A DNA stretch of 63,632 bases, filler included, from Lenisia limosa (GCA_001655205.1; 7 parts of 7 records of this genome joined end to end with filler, not necessarily neighbours in it), one strand, 5' to 3'; shown: positions 12,001 to 24,202, counted from the whole stretch's first letter. Notes: generated by a model not told the origin, from the sequence alone. Program-made: numbers and translations.

Positions 12001-13003
12001 GAAGCTCCAGCTGTCTAAGTCCCCTCCAACAATGAATGCGCCTTTGAGGTCCTCGGGAATGTCGGCTATGAACTTGGGGTTGCGGAAGTAGAACGACGCG
12101 TTGGGGTTACCGGACCTGGAAATTAACACAGCCTTGATTACATGTGTGATCTGATAAGAAGGGATTAAAAAGTCTATACCACGAAGGAAGGCTTTTCTTC
12201 ATGGATAGATGGAAGAAGCTTTGTGCTATACAATGCACCTCCCTCCCCCAGATTGAATAATGATACACAATGCTACGCCAATACTATTCCTATTTGTTTT
12301 GCTACTAAGAGTCATTGAGTATGGTATCGAATGAAATGAATGAAGTACGTCTAAGACCTAACTGAAACCCGGCTTACAGGAGGGCACCATGAAGGATTTC
12401 CATTGACGTAATAGAAACTCCATCAACCCAGCCATACCTATAGGAGGGTAATACTCGTGATTCAAAAATGCAATAAAAGTACGGAGCTTGGGAGTGTGGA
12501 AACTTTGAGTAGGCAACATGAAGCCTACTGTTCTTTGAGTTCCTCAGGCAAGTCATTAGGTGCTGGGATCCAGCCGTATCTACCAATGTCAGCAATGAAT
12601 GTCGAAAAACACTGTTTGTATTGTCATAAAATAAATATCATCTGTTAGTGAAGGCCTCAGTTAGATACACTGTGCTTATTTCCTATTTCCACATCTCATG
12701 GGGGTACTACAACGGAAAGCAAAGACGTTTTCCGACCTTTCACTGAGTAAGTTGATGAAGAATGGCTCAGTATTCTCTTTGCGGCATCTGTCAATTTCTC
12801 CAAGACAGATCTGGGGGGAGGGAGTAAAAAGAAGGAAATTTCGATGAAGAATATTGGCGTAAAGGTACTAATCACGAACCGAATATCGAGTGTTGTAAAA
12901 GTGAGCTGATATTCTAAAAAGAGAGAAAACTAAGAGATCTCATGAGTGTTGTGAGGTGTAGTAACAAAGCAAGGTCGAACAATGTTTTACTCACTTTGAT
13001 TGT
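1..13003 (-). CDS. Large multi-exon DUF4062-NACHT(P-loop)-WD40 protein (TEP1-like / STAND NTPase), truncated at both contig ends
   Basis: Hand-spliced minus-strand exons give ICLGEIDRCRKENTEPFFINLLSERYGWIP...SITSMEILHGAL (DUF4062, 12380-12810) and ASFYFRNPKF. They continue with YEGVDPFTKK|PIIGSLKGFAARV, LVGRDAEL, Walker A VVVGTP|GSGKSAV (9690-9930), Walker B PVVVIIDAINQI (~8700), PWLPLAAPTNCCIVLSTL, SPLFLTVACEELHVFG, LDFFHR|QLARAV and DLPDLYIQARQWDKLFDVLSD. WD-like strands GLEVSPDGRWLIAAGGDG, SICFHPDK and SPCGKYMICGD follow. Introns are GT-AG; a few exons are hidden by Ns. Confidence 0.85.
596..700. repeat. Imperfect (GAT)n microsatellite in an intron
   Basis: Run of gatgatgat/gatagt triplets between two exons of the NACHT-WD40 gene. 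Confidence 0.8.
1321..1399. repeat. Intronic minisatellite, 3 copies around GGTGATTGAGAAAC
   Basis: ggtgattgagaaac occurs three times with similar ~30-nt spacing. Confidence 0.8.
1785..1864. mobile_element. hAT-type MITE copy A (right TIR truncated)
   Basis: Left TIR TAGGGCTTCACTTCGGTTC and family internal sequence; flanks tatatgca / tgtatgca (7/8). Confidence 0.7.
3939..4027. mobile_element. hAT-type MITE copy B
   Basis: TAGGGCTTCACTTTGGTTCC...CGAACCGAAGTGAAGCCCTA; flanks gttctaag / gttctaaa (7/8). Confidence 0.85.
4641..4738. mobile_element. hAT-type MITE copy C
   Basis: TAGGGCTTCACTTCGGTTCG...GAACTGAAGTGAAGCCCTG; flanks atgataag / atgatacc (6/8). Confidence 0.85.
5072..5185. repeat. Intronic minisatellite, 4 copies of a 26-30 bp unit
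   Basis: Unit CGAATGATCCAATCTT(AGCA)GCTTATAAAT repeated in tandem. Confidence 0.9.
6030..6131. mobile_element. hAT-type MITE copy D (opposite orientation)
   Basis: TAGAGCTTCAG...GTGAAGCTCTA with a perfect 8-bp duplication gtaattat. Confidence 0.85.
9328..9429. mobile_element. hAT-type MITE copy E
   Basis: TTGGGCTTCACTTCGGTTC...CGAACCCAAGTGAAACCCTA; left flank is masked by Ns. Confidence 0.8.
10219..10307. mobile_element. hAT-type MITE copy F
   Basis: TAGGGCTTTTCACTTCGGTTC...AAACCAAAGTGACGCCCTA with a perfect 8-bp duplication gtggtaag. Confidence 0.85.
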
Positions 13004-13103
13004 NNNNNNNNNNNNNNNNNNNNNNNNNNNNNNNNNNNNNNNNNNNNTTAATTAATTAANNNNNNNNNNNNNNNNNNNNNNNNNNNNNNNNNNNNNNNNN
13101 NNN
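13004..13103. other. Artificial contig spacer N44-TTAATTAATTAA-N44
   Basis: 100-nt block with a six-frame stop core; identical structure at six positions. Confidence 0.95.
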
Positions 13104-16100
13104 GGGTGGGGGTTACTATCGAATTAAATTTGGTGCAGTATGATCAAGGTTGGTTTTGATTCATGAAGTTTGATTGAATGGGATGGTGAAAATGATTGAG
13201 GACTAGAGAGCATCCTGGGAGTAGTTTGTAACATAACTTTTCGCAAATAGTACGAGGAGAATCTATTTTTTGATTAATTATCAGTTTATGACACTAAACC
13301 GGATCCCCGCGTACCCGACCTTCGCCTCAATCACCCCTTTCCTGCATTGAAGGACCATGCAATGTCTTTTGACTTGGACGCTATGGATTTGTGGGTTGTT
13401 GCTGTCTGACTTTGATGAATTTCCTTTTTGTGATAAGGGGGGTAAGGCTTTCTCTTTTATAATTATTTCTTGTTTTCTTCTGACCCTTTTTAGGGTTGAT
13501 CACAGTCATGTACCATATCCTATCATCTTACTAAAGGCGTTAGATTCTTGGAAAAACAGCGTAAGGGAGGGGGGGATCCCCACGTTATTATGTATGATTG
13601 TCTTGGGAGATGCTCTGGGTGGTCGGAGAAAATTACATTCATTAAGGTTTCTGTTTTTTATCTTTCACATTGTAGCACAATGGGCAAGCACCATTGAGTA
13701 AGGAAATGAAGGCGTTCAGAGACTTAATTAAGACATATCATCGCGAAGACGCTCCTGATGGCAAAGTAGGCAATGTGATGAAATATTTGTAATATTGTAC
13801 ATATAATGGTGTATTGGTGTTGACTAATTTTCAAACTACAGGGATATTAGTGTACTCTTTATTGTTCAAGGAAGTCAACGTGTCTGAAGCCGTGAAGCAC
13901 GCGCATTTTGTTAACATCTCAACAGAGGTTAGTCTAATGAGTTACATATTTCCTCGCATAATAACCTCTGAGAATGGAAACATCAGATGTTACTTTTTAG
14001 CTCCCCCACCACATGACCTCCATTTTCTCCAATCCACTCTGCAACCCATCCACATTCTCCAAGTCAACCCCCGCTTTTTTTGTCATTGCTGCGGCCCTTC
14101 AGGAGTTTTTCAACAAAACGGGTGAGGTTTCATAATCCCATACTGTCCTTCCTTTTGGATCTGTGCATTCTGTCTTTATTTATTTTCATATTTTTTTTAT
14201 TTGTGTTCATTTTATAGGTTCCCTCCCTCTCTCCGGCCTCCTTCCTGATATGCACAGCTACACCCACTTCTACACCGATTTACAAGTGGGTTGTGAGCGG
14301 TTGTTGCAATTATTATAGCGCAGAACTGTCAACAATACCGACAAACTGTCAAATAGATTGCCACTTTTAGGATTGATTTATTTACACTACGTAACCTTCT
14401 TATTTCTACTGGGAAGTTCAGGGATTTATATCTGGTGCACTCGCATGTTGCTGTATTTTTCTAAGTACTAGTTATTTACTTTAGGAGTTTGAGTACTATT
14501 ATCAATAATCTATGTGTTATTGTTTTAGAAAGTTTTCCACAACCAAGCTGCAGCAGATCACGAAGCAATTGAAGGTTGGTATTATTATGTATTATATGTT
14601 GAGTAGTTCTACATTGCTGTTCTCTTCTTCTGATTATTACACCGTTTCCTCTTGTTTTCTTCTCCATCATATTATTACTGTGGTTTCAGGATACTTATCT
14701 GACTTGTAATATGTTGCACTGACGTTTCAGCAATTGTGAAAAGGCTACTACAGTCTGCGTGTCTACCTGAATCATTCGTCAAGTCAGAAGATGTTGCTGT
14801 GGGCAAAACCTTTGTTTTGAATTTAAAGAAGAAAAACAGGGAAATGCAATGGTATAGTACTTCCTTTGACCTTCCAGCAAATTTGCAAGGGTACTGACCA
14901 CATTCGCCATCTTGAATTTCTACCCCTTGCACAGGAATACACACCGTGTGCCAAATTCAAAAATGATATGAGTAGGTTCAAGTGGTTCTCTTGCTTAATA
15001 CTCTAAAAAAAATTATGACCGGGGACTCTTATTATTAGCAAGAATACTCATAATACTTCATGGAGTTCTACATTAGAAATGGAGTGGAGTATTAAAACAT
15101 ATCCTATGGTAGTATGTGATTGTTTTGCTTCTCTTTCTACATTGGAGAAGTGATGAAGTTAAAGCAAGATGTGCATCGAACTTTTTGGGTTCGAGTTTTT
15201 TAAAAAAAGAAATGATAAATATATAATAAAAAAAGAAGTGATATCTCATTTTTCTTTTTTGGGTGTTCTCAAACAATTTCTTGAGATATATCCTGTTGTT
15301 GAAAGATATAGACATTTGAAACGAGAAAAGAGAAAGCGATCCATTCAATCCTGGCTTTCTTTGAAACAGAGGGTCTTCGTGCTCTCTCTAGCCTTCCTTC
15401 CCGGGAATGCAAGTGAACAGTTTTTTACGGGGGGTAGAGATGCTAGTAGCATTATCTCCAAACGCTGTACATCTCGCTTTAACATATCATATTGTTTTTT
15501 TTTATTTTAATGATGGTTATTATTTCTGAATCACCAGACCAAATTGTTTTACCTTTCCAGATCGCTGGTTCAGTGATATTGGGAGTGAAGCTCGGGTCTA
15601 TGCCTTACTGCGTGCCTGCGATGTGTTCTTTGCTGACAATGGGAGGTACCCAGGTAAGGTCCAGTATGTATATCCCATTCAACTTGAATTGCTAAAAAGT
15701 AATATCCTTTTTACGATTTCTGGTTTCTGAAGTGGTATAGGAGATACAGAAGCATACGAAGCAGATGTTCCTACTCTGGCTAATCTCACGTCAAAGCTGC
15801 TCACTTCTTGGGGTGTTCAGGCTGTGATTGATGAAGAATGGTTGAGAGAAATGTAAGTTGGTCAGTTGATCTTATCGCATTGAAGTATAATTGTATGTAA
15901 CATTTTTAATTGTTTTTGTTTTTTTTCCTGATGGCATTCGAACCATTTAGCACTCGGTACGGTGGTGAGCAGCTACATGCCATTTGTGCAGTGACTGGAG
16001 CAACTGCAGCTCAGGAGACAATTAAGTTGCTTGCAGGGTAAGTCAGGGATTCCAGTACGGCGCATTGGCTTGGGATTTTGATGAACAAGCTAGAATCTCA

Positions 16101-16227
16101 ATACAGAAGAATACCATCTTTTGCATTCTTGTTTGTCTTGAAATCACGATTTAGAATCTTCACACCCTTAGAAATGACGTGGACTCTCAATGGAATTTCC
16201 TCCAAATCTTCTCAGATATGTATTTAA
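13104..16227 (+). CDS. NAE1: NEDD8-activating enzyme E1 regulatory subunit (APPBP1/AXR1/Ula1), 5' partial
   Basis: Spliced exons: YDTKPDPRVPDLRLNHPFPALKDH, DHSHVPYPIILLKAL, STPAFFVIAAALQEF, GSLPLSGLLPDMHSYTHFYTDLQ, YALLRACDVFFADNGRYPG, RYGGEQLHAICAVTGATAAQETIKLL and IFTPLEMTWTLNGISSKSSQICI*. These are colinear with NAE1 motifs; stop TAA at 16225-16227. Confidence 0.92.
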
Positions 16228-16453
16228 TTTTGTTCCTTTCAATTGTGTCTGGACCCTGTCAAGCAACGACAAACCAATAATGCTTAATATGAAGCAGCAG
16301 AAGCGGCTTTCCAGTCCAGTTCCAGTCTAACAACTTGAGAACAAATCTCTCATAAAACCTGCCTGCATAAAGGGGGAGAAATAACAGTGAATAAAACAGT
16401 GAGAAGAAGCACTACAAAATCCAAAAAAATTAATCCAAAAAACATTAAAAAAA

Positions 16454-16565
16454 TGCCCAGAGTGGGGCTCGAACCCACGGCTTTTCGCTGGCTTATCAGA
16501 ATCCATTGAAGGACTTCTTTCTCAAGAATATGAGACGAACACTCTACCGACTGAGTTATCCAGGC
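16454..16565 (-). tRNA. tRNA-Met(CAT), elongator type, with a 39-nt intron after position 37
   Basis: Acceptor stem GCCTGGA/TCTGGGC, D arm ACTC-AGTCGGTA-GAGT, anticodon stem TTCGT/GCGAA with CT-CAT-A, intron 16490-16528, T arm GTGGG-TTCGAGC-CCCAC. A T7 Pol III terminator follows immediately. Confidence 0.95.
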
Positions 16566-16882
16566 GTTAGAAAAAGGTAACTATATTTCGTTCCCTTTCG
16601 GGACTTTCTAAACCGTATCCCCAGGATATTTTTAATTATAGAAGTGTTTAATTTGGTATTTCAGAAGAATATGTTGTTACTCTAGTAAATATTACTGATA
16701 GTACTTGTGTTTTAAAAATAGTCTGACCATATAACCGCGCTGAAGAATTCATATAACAGCAATAAGGACTAGTGTGTTTTAAAGTTTTTTTTTATTGATT
16801 TGTTTTTTCAAACCTCTCTTCGAACTTTATTTAGGCATAGTTGAATACAAAGTAGAAGTATATTTTCAAATTAATCTACAGA

Positions 16883-19800
16883 ATGGAAGATGTTTGTTTC
16901 CCTGTGTTTTTTTTTCACTTTTAGAAATCCAATCTTGTTGACACGGCCATCCGTGAACCAACAGCCAAGCGTCGTCGTGAACTTCCTGTCAATCTCAAAA
17001 ATGACATTGCTGCTGCGGCTGCAGCAGTTGTTCTCCGTGTTGGTGGACCCCCTGCTGACGCGTTAGATCTCAGCAGTGATCTTCCTCCAATTGATTTCTC
17101 CCTTGCTTCCAAGCAAACCCATTGGGACGAACATCCCCAATCTATCCCATGCACACCACTCCTATCCCCTTCTGGTTCTCCTACTTTAGCCCCTACTGCC
17201 GTTACCCGTTCGTCATTCCTTCCTGACCTTGAGCTTGAAGCTGGTATTACCCCTACTGAAAGCCCCCCTTCAGATGATGTTGATTTCAAACCATTCTCAG
17301 CGTTAAGCAGAGAGACAAGCACAGATGAATCCCGTTCCATTCTTTCTCGTATTCCATCTCCTCTTCCGATGGAGAGCCAACCTCCCTCTCCATCCCTTGC
17401 TCCCTCAAGGTATGCACGTATTATGCGAAAGTTATTATTATTTTTTTTCCCCCTCTTTTGTGATTAAATTTCGATGAACATACGGGGAGGAGATAAATTT
17501 AATTGAAAACACTTGTTATCTCTTTAGACCTCCCTCTCGCCCCAGCTCCACCCCTTCATCAAGAAAGACCACCCCCCCTGGTATGATAAATCTTTGTTAT
17601 ATTTTACTTTTACATCTGACCATTTTCTTTGTTTGGAATCAGTTTTTTCAGCTGATTAATGTAATTTTCTTTTTTTTAACTCCTGTAGTGTCTCCACTCA
17701 GCCTTGGCAAAAGCTCAAACAAGGAACTCAAAACCATCCCAGTGATATCGATTCCATCAGCAGCAAAGCGCCCAAGATCTGAAGATGCTGAGGATTTTCG
17801 TAAACAGCAGGAAGTGACACCAAGGGCCCTTTCTGCTCAAACCAAGCCCCTTGCTGAAGGCGAAGTCGTTGCTCTTGTCCAGGATCATACTACTGAGCCC
17901 GAAGCACCCCTCGATGCGTCCTGGAAGGACGTCAAATGTAAGCAACTTTATTCTAATGTTGTTTAAACGAAGAGAAAGGACTTAGAAGAGAACAATGGGA
18001 GAATTTTGACCGCAGAAATTATTTCTTCTTGTCTTTTACACTCTAGACCCCCCAAATGGAGATCCACCGAATAGTGAACATGAAGATCCGCGAAAAGTAC
18101 AGCTGGTATGACCTTTAGTTCGTTTTGTTATGAATCAACTGTGTTGTTTCTTTTGTCTCTAGATCCTAGAAACAGTATTAGATAGTACTGATGATAAATA
18201 TAAATTAACCTTCAATGCAGACATTGTTCATGGCATCAGGTTCAAGTGATGATCGAGCGCTGCCTCTTCCAGTACCTTACAAAGGCCGAATGTGCAGCAG
18301 TTCTCAACAGTCACTACAGTATCCCGCCCGGATTTGTGTGTCTAAGTCCGCGGGGCATCCTACTTGATCATGACTAGTTTCACTTGCATATCCCACCACT
18401 CCTCCCTCTCCCAGCACCCCCATCATCCATCCTTTTCTTTTAAGATCAATGAAGTGATAATCTCAGAAACTAGAAAAAAACACACACTCTTACGAGCAAT
18501 TTTCAAGCACATATATATACATGGTTTAACCTTTCCAGTCTGGGAAGAACTCGCACGACAGAACCCTGTGTTCTTCACTCTCTATGCCATGAGACTCAGA
18601 ATCCGAGACCAGGTTAGTAATTAGTTGGGTTTATATTTTATTTTGAAATGATGCGAATTCTCTATCCATGCTCTCTTTGGTAACATTTCCACTCTTTTGG
18701 TGTTGGTTGTGTTTTACTTTGATTCAGCTTGCTGGTGTCAATTTTCTGGTCCGAACTCAAGTTCATCTCCAACAAAAGATCTTAGAAGCGCATAAAAAGG
18801 GTTAGTGACATTTGCAATCCATATTGAAGCATGGTTTTGACGCTTTCCAGATCAGCCACCAGCACAGTTTGCTCCTGTAGGGGTCGTGGCTGGCGGAAAC
18901 GGACCAACTGGGAAGATGACCGGCCAACTAGTCTTGCCTATTAAGCCAAAGGGACCTTCAACTGACAAATTCGAGGTATTGAAACTGCTTCTTGGGTTAT
19001 TTGTCCTTCATCATCTCGTACCTTTACGCCAATATTCTTCCTCGATATTTCCTTTGTTTTACCCCCCCCCCCNNNNNNNNNNNNNNNNNNNNNNNNNNNN
19101 NNNNNNNNNNNNNNNNNNNNNNNNNNNNNNNNNNNNNNNNNNNNNNNNNNNNNNNNNNNNNNNNNNNNNNNNNNNNNNNNNNNNNNNNNNNNNNNNNNNN
19201 NNNNNNNNNNNNNNNNNNNNNNNNNNNNNNNNNNCCCCGAATGGCTATTTCGTCTGCAGCTCTCCCGACCATTGTCCCTCCAACTGCAAACACTACGGTA
19301 TTAAACGGGACCTTCATTTGTATCTCCTATCACTTCCCTCTCTCTCTGTCTCCCCGCCCCAGCTTTTTTTTTTTTTTTATATATTTTTTTTTTNNNNNNN
19401 NNNNNNNNNNNNNNNNNNNNNNNNNNNNNNNNNNNNNNNNNNNNNNNNNNNNNNNNNNNNNNNNNNNNNNNNNNNNNNNNNNNNNNNNNNNNNNNNNNNN
19501 NNNNNNNNNNNNNNNNNNAGCCACTATCCAAATTACCACGTTTGTCTTTGAATTTGTCACGGCCTGAAGTCCCAATTCCTTCAATGCAAAACCTACGTTC
19601 GAGGGATATCTTGTTTGGAGGAGGGAGGGGGGGGGTGGAATAAACTCCTTGTTTTTGTGTTTTTTCCTTTGTTGCAGTAGAAAGTGGTAATTGTTTTAGT
19701 TACCCCTCCTGTCCGCAATGGTGGGATTAACCTGAACAATCTCCCCGAGCCTAGGACCTATCGCGGCCTTATGACCCCGGTTGACGCCACAACCCCGATG

Positions 19801-21048
19801 CACATCTTCACCCCGGAGGGGATGGAACACGAGGTTTGCCTGAAATGGTTTCTTCAAAATTCCCTCCGAACACTTACCCCTGTTTTGCAGCCCTTATTGC
19901 ATGTTTGATTTATTAGGAAACACCATCTCCCGAAGCGGAAATTCGAATCCCAGAAGCACCCAAGGTATCCATGTACACAGAATATTTTCTAGTGGTACAA
20001 TGGTGCATCAATCAATAATGATGGAGTGGAGAATCCTTTAATTTCTATGACTCTCGGAATGTCCATTACACCCCTTTTACCGATTCCTTTTGTAGCTCAC
20101 GACCGTAGGTCCCAACGCCAGAACCATCCGCAGACTCATATGCACCTACAGACCAATCGGTACCGTTTACCCCCAACGTGGACCAGAGCTACTTCCTGTC
20201 TATGCCATCCGAGCCATTGTTTGACTCCGGATCGGCTAACAGCAGCAGTGATTGGCTAGGTTGGTGGAAATGGGGTTCCTTTTTTTTTTTTNNNNNNNNN
20301 NNNNNNNNNNNNNNNNNNNNNNNNNNNNNNNNNNNNNNNNNNNNNNNNNNNNNNNNNNNNNNNNNNNNNNNNNNNNNNNNNNNNNNNNNNNNNNNNNNNN
20401 NNNNNNNNNNNNNNNNNNNNNNNNNNNNNNNNNNNNNNNNNNNNNNNNNNNNNNNNNNNNNNNNNNNNNNNNNNNNNNNNNNNNNNNNNNNNNNNNNNNN
20501 NNNNNNNNNNNNNNNNNNNNNTCTATCCCCCTGGTTTGTTGATTGCCCCCTCCACCTCTGCCGATTTCCCCTCTCATTTTCTGCATTCAATAAGGGAGGG
20601 TTGTTCCAGCAGTTCCACATTCATGAAACTTGTGCAAATCCTAGTAACTGTTCACATCATACCATAACTTCAACAGCGCTCTCCCCCGGACAAAGCGATA
20701 GTGAAACGAAATTGCCACCCCTCTTCGGCTCTTATCCAAAAATGGACAATTTTTCCGACCCGTCTGATTTCCTGTCATACAACTCAGTGTCCAATACCTT
20801 CCCAGAATGTATGAGGGTCAGGCTAAATGCCAAAAAGGCAAACAGGGGAGCTACTTCTTCTGCTTTTATTACCAATTGAATCACCCTTTTTCGTTAGTCT
20901 TGATTTTTTGTGTTATTCATTTTGCCACCCTCAAGCGTAACAGTTTTTTTTTGACTCTACAGCTCTCCGAACGTCTGACGAGCTTCTTGCCAGTTTTGAA
21001 GGAGATAAGCCAGAATCTTATACCCCGTCCACATCGTATGATTGGTAA
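16883..21048 (+). CDS. Multi-exon protein with an A_thal_3526 / TIGR01589 (PF09713)-like domain flanked by S/P-rich disordered regions
   Basis: Exons at 18239-18612 splice to VQVMIERCLFQYLTKAECAAVLNSHYSIPPGFVCLIWEELARQNPVFFTLYAMRLRIRDQ|LAGVNFLV. This matches the recalled VQ.LIERCL...GF..LVW..L...NP.FF..Y..RL...Q consensus. The exact start is uncertain; stop TAA at 21046-21048. Confidence 0.8.
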
Positions 21049-21871
21049 CAAGGAATCTAGTGCACAATCAAGAACAAGTTATCGGTATCAGTACAGCTGA
21101 ACTGATAAAAAAATCGGCTCTCATTTGATGCATTTCGAATAACTGGAGCTGATACAGTTTAGTTCTCGTCGAGAGGCCCGTAAAAGACGCGCCCTCATGG
21201 CAAATGGCNNNNNNNNNNNNNNNNNNNNNNNNNNNNNNNNNNNNNNNNNNNNNNNNNNNNNNNNNNNNNNNNNNNNNNNNNNNNNNNNNNNNNNNNNNNN
21301 NNNNNNNNNNNNNNNTTGGATTTGGGAGAAATGATTCATGACAATTTAGAATGAACCCCTCAACAATGTCACAGAGCTGGGGTTCGGAGCAGATTATCCC
21401 CACGTACAACATTGAGGCAGACAAACTCCCTCCACTAGGTACTCGCCCCTTGGTTGCTTTGACATTGTTTTTGTATTGGTGAAATGACACTGTCTAAAAC
21501 ACTACTGTTAACTTTTCAGATCAACCTTGGTCGCTGAGCTGAACTCACCTTCCTCTTGTAATTTTTATTTGCAAAATAAATTCTATTTCCAATATTTTTA
21601 TTGTTGTATGTGCTGATGTCTGGGTGTGGGGGTGGAACAGCTGTTCCAGTAAATGTGATTGAAACTCTTGATCATGCTGATCTTCTCTTAAAAAAAGTTT
21701 GTTGCGAAAAAAGTTCCAAAACGAGCAACCTAGAGGAAGAGATTGATTGATTATAGCAGTAGTATCAATACGTGCCGTATAAGAGACTAAGTCAGAAAGA
21801 GATTCGGCAGATTATAGGCAATAAATGTCTATCGGCTTCTGAGGTCGTGTTTCACTCTCAGACGGCTATAG

Positions 21872-24202
21872 ATGCCTTTTTGCACAACTGTTTACCTGGC
21901 TGGAGACCTGCCAACGTCTATTGACGCTGCAGGCAAAACAGCTGGCCAAGTCAAAGATGCAATCATTGCTAAAGCTGAGCGTTCAAAGGATATGCCATCT
22001 GGGTCACTTCAAACCTCAAAAATGCTCTTCCAGATGTGGATTGTCGCAGGCAGTTTGTGGGATTCGCTTCCTTTCATTCTTGGGATCCTGCTCTTTTCTT
22101 TCCTCCGAACTCATTGTTTAGAAATTCAAGTCCCACTTGATGACAATACACGCGTTTTAAGAGCACTTCGCCTGTTGGATTTCCAGCTTGAGAGGCAAAA
22201 GCAAATCAGAGTTGTTTTCAAGAGTGCTGCTGTTTTCTTTTTGAAAGTAAGTCAGGGGCATAAATTTGCCCCCTCCACCTTGGAGTTACTTTCTTTTCAT
22301 ATTTAAAAGAAAATGCAAACTTACCCTCTTTCTGTTTTATTATTGGTGCTTTGACAAACAACTCACATACATGTACATCAATACAATCCTGCATTTCAAA
22401 TTGTTTCAGAATATCCGTTTTGATTGGTTCAAATAAATGTTAATATATAGAAGTTAATATATATGATTAGATTAATAATATATGATATATATATTCTCTA
22501 TTGTTTGAGTTGATTCGCCTTCACAAACCTATCATCAGCGTATGTGATGAGTTTGGAATTGCATATTTTCTGAGTTGTTCAATTAGCAGAGCCAATATTA
22601 GAGGCAGCTGCCCCCCCCCCCCNNNNNNNNNNNNNNNNNNNNNNNNNNNNNNNNNNNNNNNNNNNNNNNNNNNNNNNNNNNNNNNNNNNNNNNNNNNNNN
22701 NNNNNNNNNNNNNNNNNNNNNNNNNNNNNNNNNNNNNNNNNNNNNNNACCAAGGCTATTTCTGCATTCACTGTCTTTGAATGATTTGATTAATAATTGGG
22801 TTGTATTAATTAGCTCAGATTGAAGAGGTCATCTTCACAGTTTTCCCCCTCCTAACTCTTTAGTTTGAACGCAATGTTAAGGACGAAATGGCTATTCGTG
22901 TGTTCTACCTTCAAGCCCATGCTGCTTATCTCAAGTATGCTCTCTCCCATTTCTTTCAAGTGGATATCAATTACTCCCTCGGCTTCTTTTGGCTAATTAC
23001 ATCATATTTACTTACATAGGGTTTCTCCACTTTGCTGGCGGCTTTTCAATAACCATAATTTCCTATCAAAACAGCTTTTATCCNNNNNNNNNNNNNNNNN
23101 NNNNNNNNNNNNNNNNNNNNNNNNNNNNNNNNNNNNNNNNNNNNNNNNNNNNNNNNNNNNNNNNNNNNNNNNNNNNNNNNNNNNNNNNNNNNNNNNNNNN
23201 NNNNNNNNNNNNNNNNNNNNNNNNNNNNNNNNNNNNNNNNNNNNNNNNNNNNNNNNNNNNNNNNNNNNNNNNNNNNNNNNNNNNNNNNNNNNNNNNNNNN
23301 NNNGTTGGAGGGTAGTTGGTTTATCTTGCGGCACCTATGGTTTTGTTGATTTATTTATGATGGGGCTCTAAGGTAATTATATCATATACTATGAGGTTAT
23401 TATGTATACTACGTATGTAGTATATGTATATGACCTGCCCCCTCCCTTTTGTTGTTGTTTTCAACCCTCGAGTATATCTCGAATGCTTAGCAAACATAGT
23501 TTATTTTGGGTTTTTTTTTTTTTCGAATTATTGTCTCATACATTTACTAAACTTCCATTCTCAAAGGTTTGTTGAAAAGAACTATTTTCACCACTCTCCA
23601 TTGGACACCTTAAATTGACCATTCAAGAAACCGGTTAAGAAGTCATATGCCGAAGGCCGTGGCCTCAAAAAAGAAGAAGTCCGAAAAGTGGATCAAGCCA
23701 ATCTACGAGTCGTATCAGGTCTGTTGAGAGGGGTAAAAGGTGACAAATCATAGGAAGTTTTCATTGATAGTTTTTCTTTTTCTTTGCCCCCCCCCCCTTT
23801 TTTTTTTTTTNNNNNNNNNNNNNNNNNNNNNNNNNNNNNNNNNNNNNNNNNNNNNNNNNNNNNNNNNNNNNNNNNNNNNNNNNNNNNNNNNNNNNNNNNN
23901 NNNNNNNNNNNNNNNNNNNNNNNNNNNNNNNNNNNNNNNNNNNNNNNNNNNTCTTTTCTCACTCTGACAGTGTTAATCTACGGTGATGCGAAGTACGAAG
24001 GCAAGGAGATGGAAACAATTGTCTGTTTTAACACGAGCTGTATTACGATCTTGAACCAAAAAACCAAGGCCATCCTCGTGACTTATGAGTGGAATGATAT
24101 CGTCACCAAACATACCAACATTAAGCCCAAGAAGGCGAACGTCACCTTTTCAAGTAGGAGGGTCTTGGAGCCCTTGGTTGTGTCATACATAGAGGCTTGT
24201 CT
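21872..24202 (+). CDS. FERM-like (F1-F2-F3) domain protein, KRIT1 C-terminus-like, 3' partial
   Basis: Exons: FQMWIVAGSL|EIQVPLDDNT...IRVVFK (ubiquitin-like F1); FERNVKDEMAIRVFYLQAHAAYLK, LHFAG and LRSHMPK...KWIKPIYE (helical F2); YGDAKY...TIVCFNTSCITILNQKTKAILVTYEWNDI (PH-like F3). Assigned by motif recall only. Confidence 0.6.

Noticed and set aside
16921-17340. 139-aa minus-strand ORF
   Set aside because: Antisense shadow of a plus-strand exon bounded by good AG/GT sites in the PF09713-like gene.
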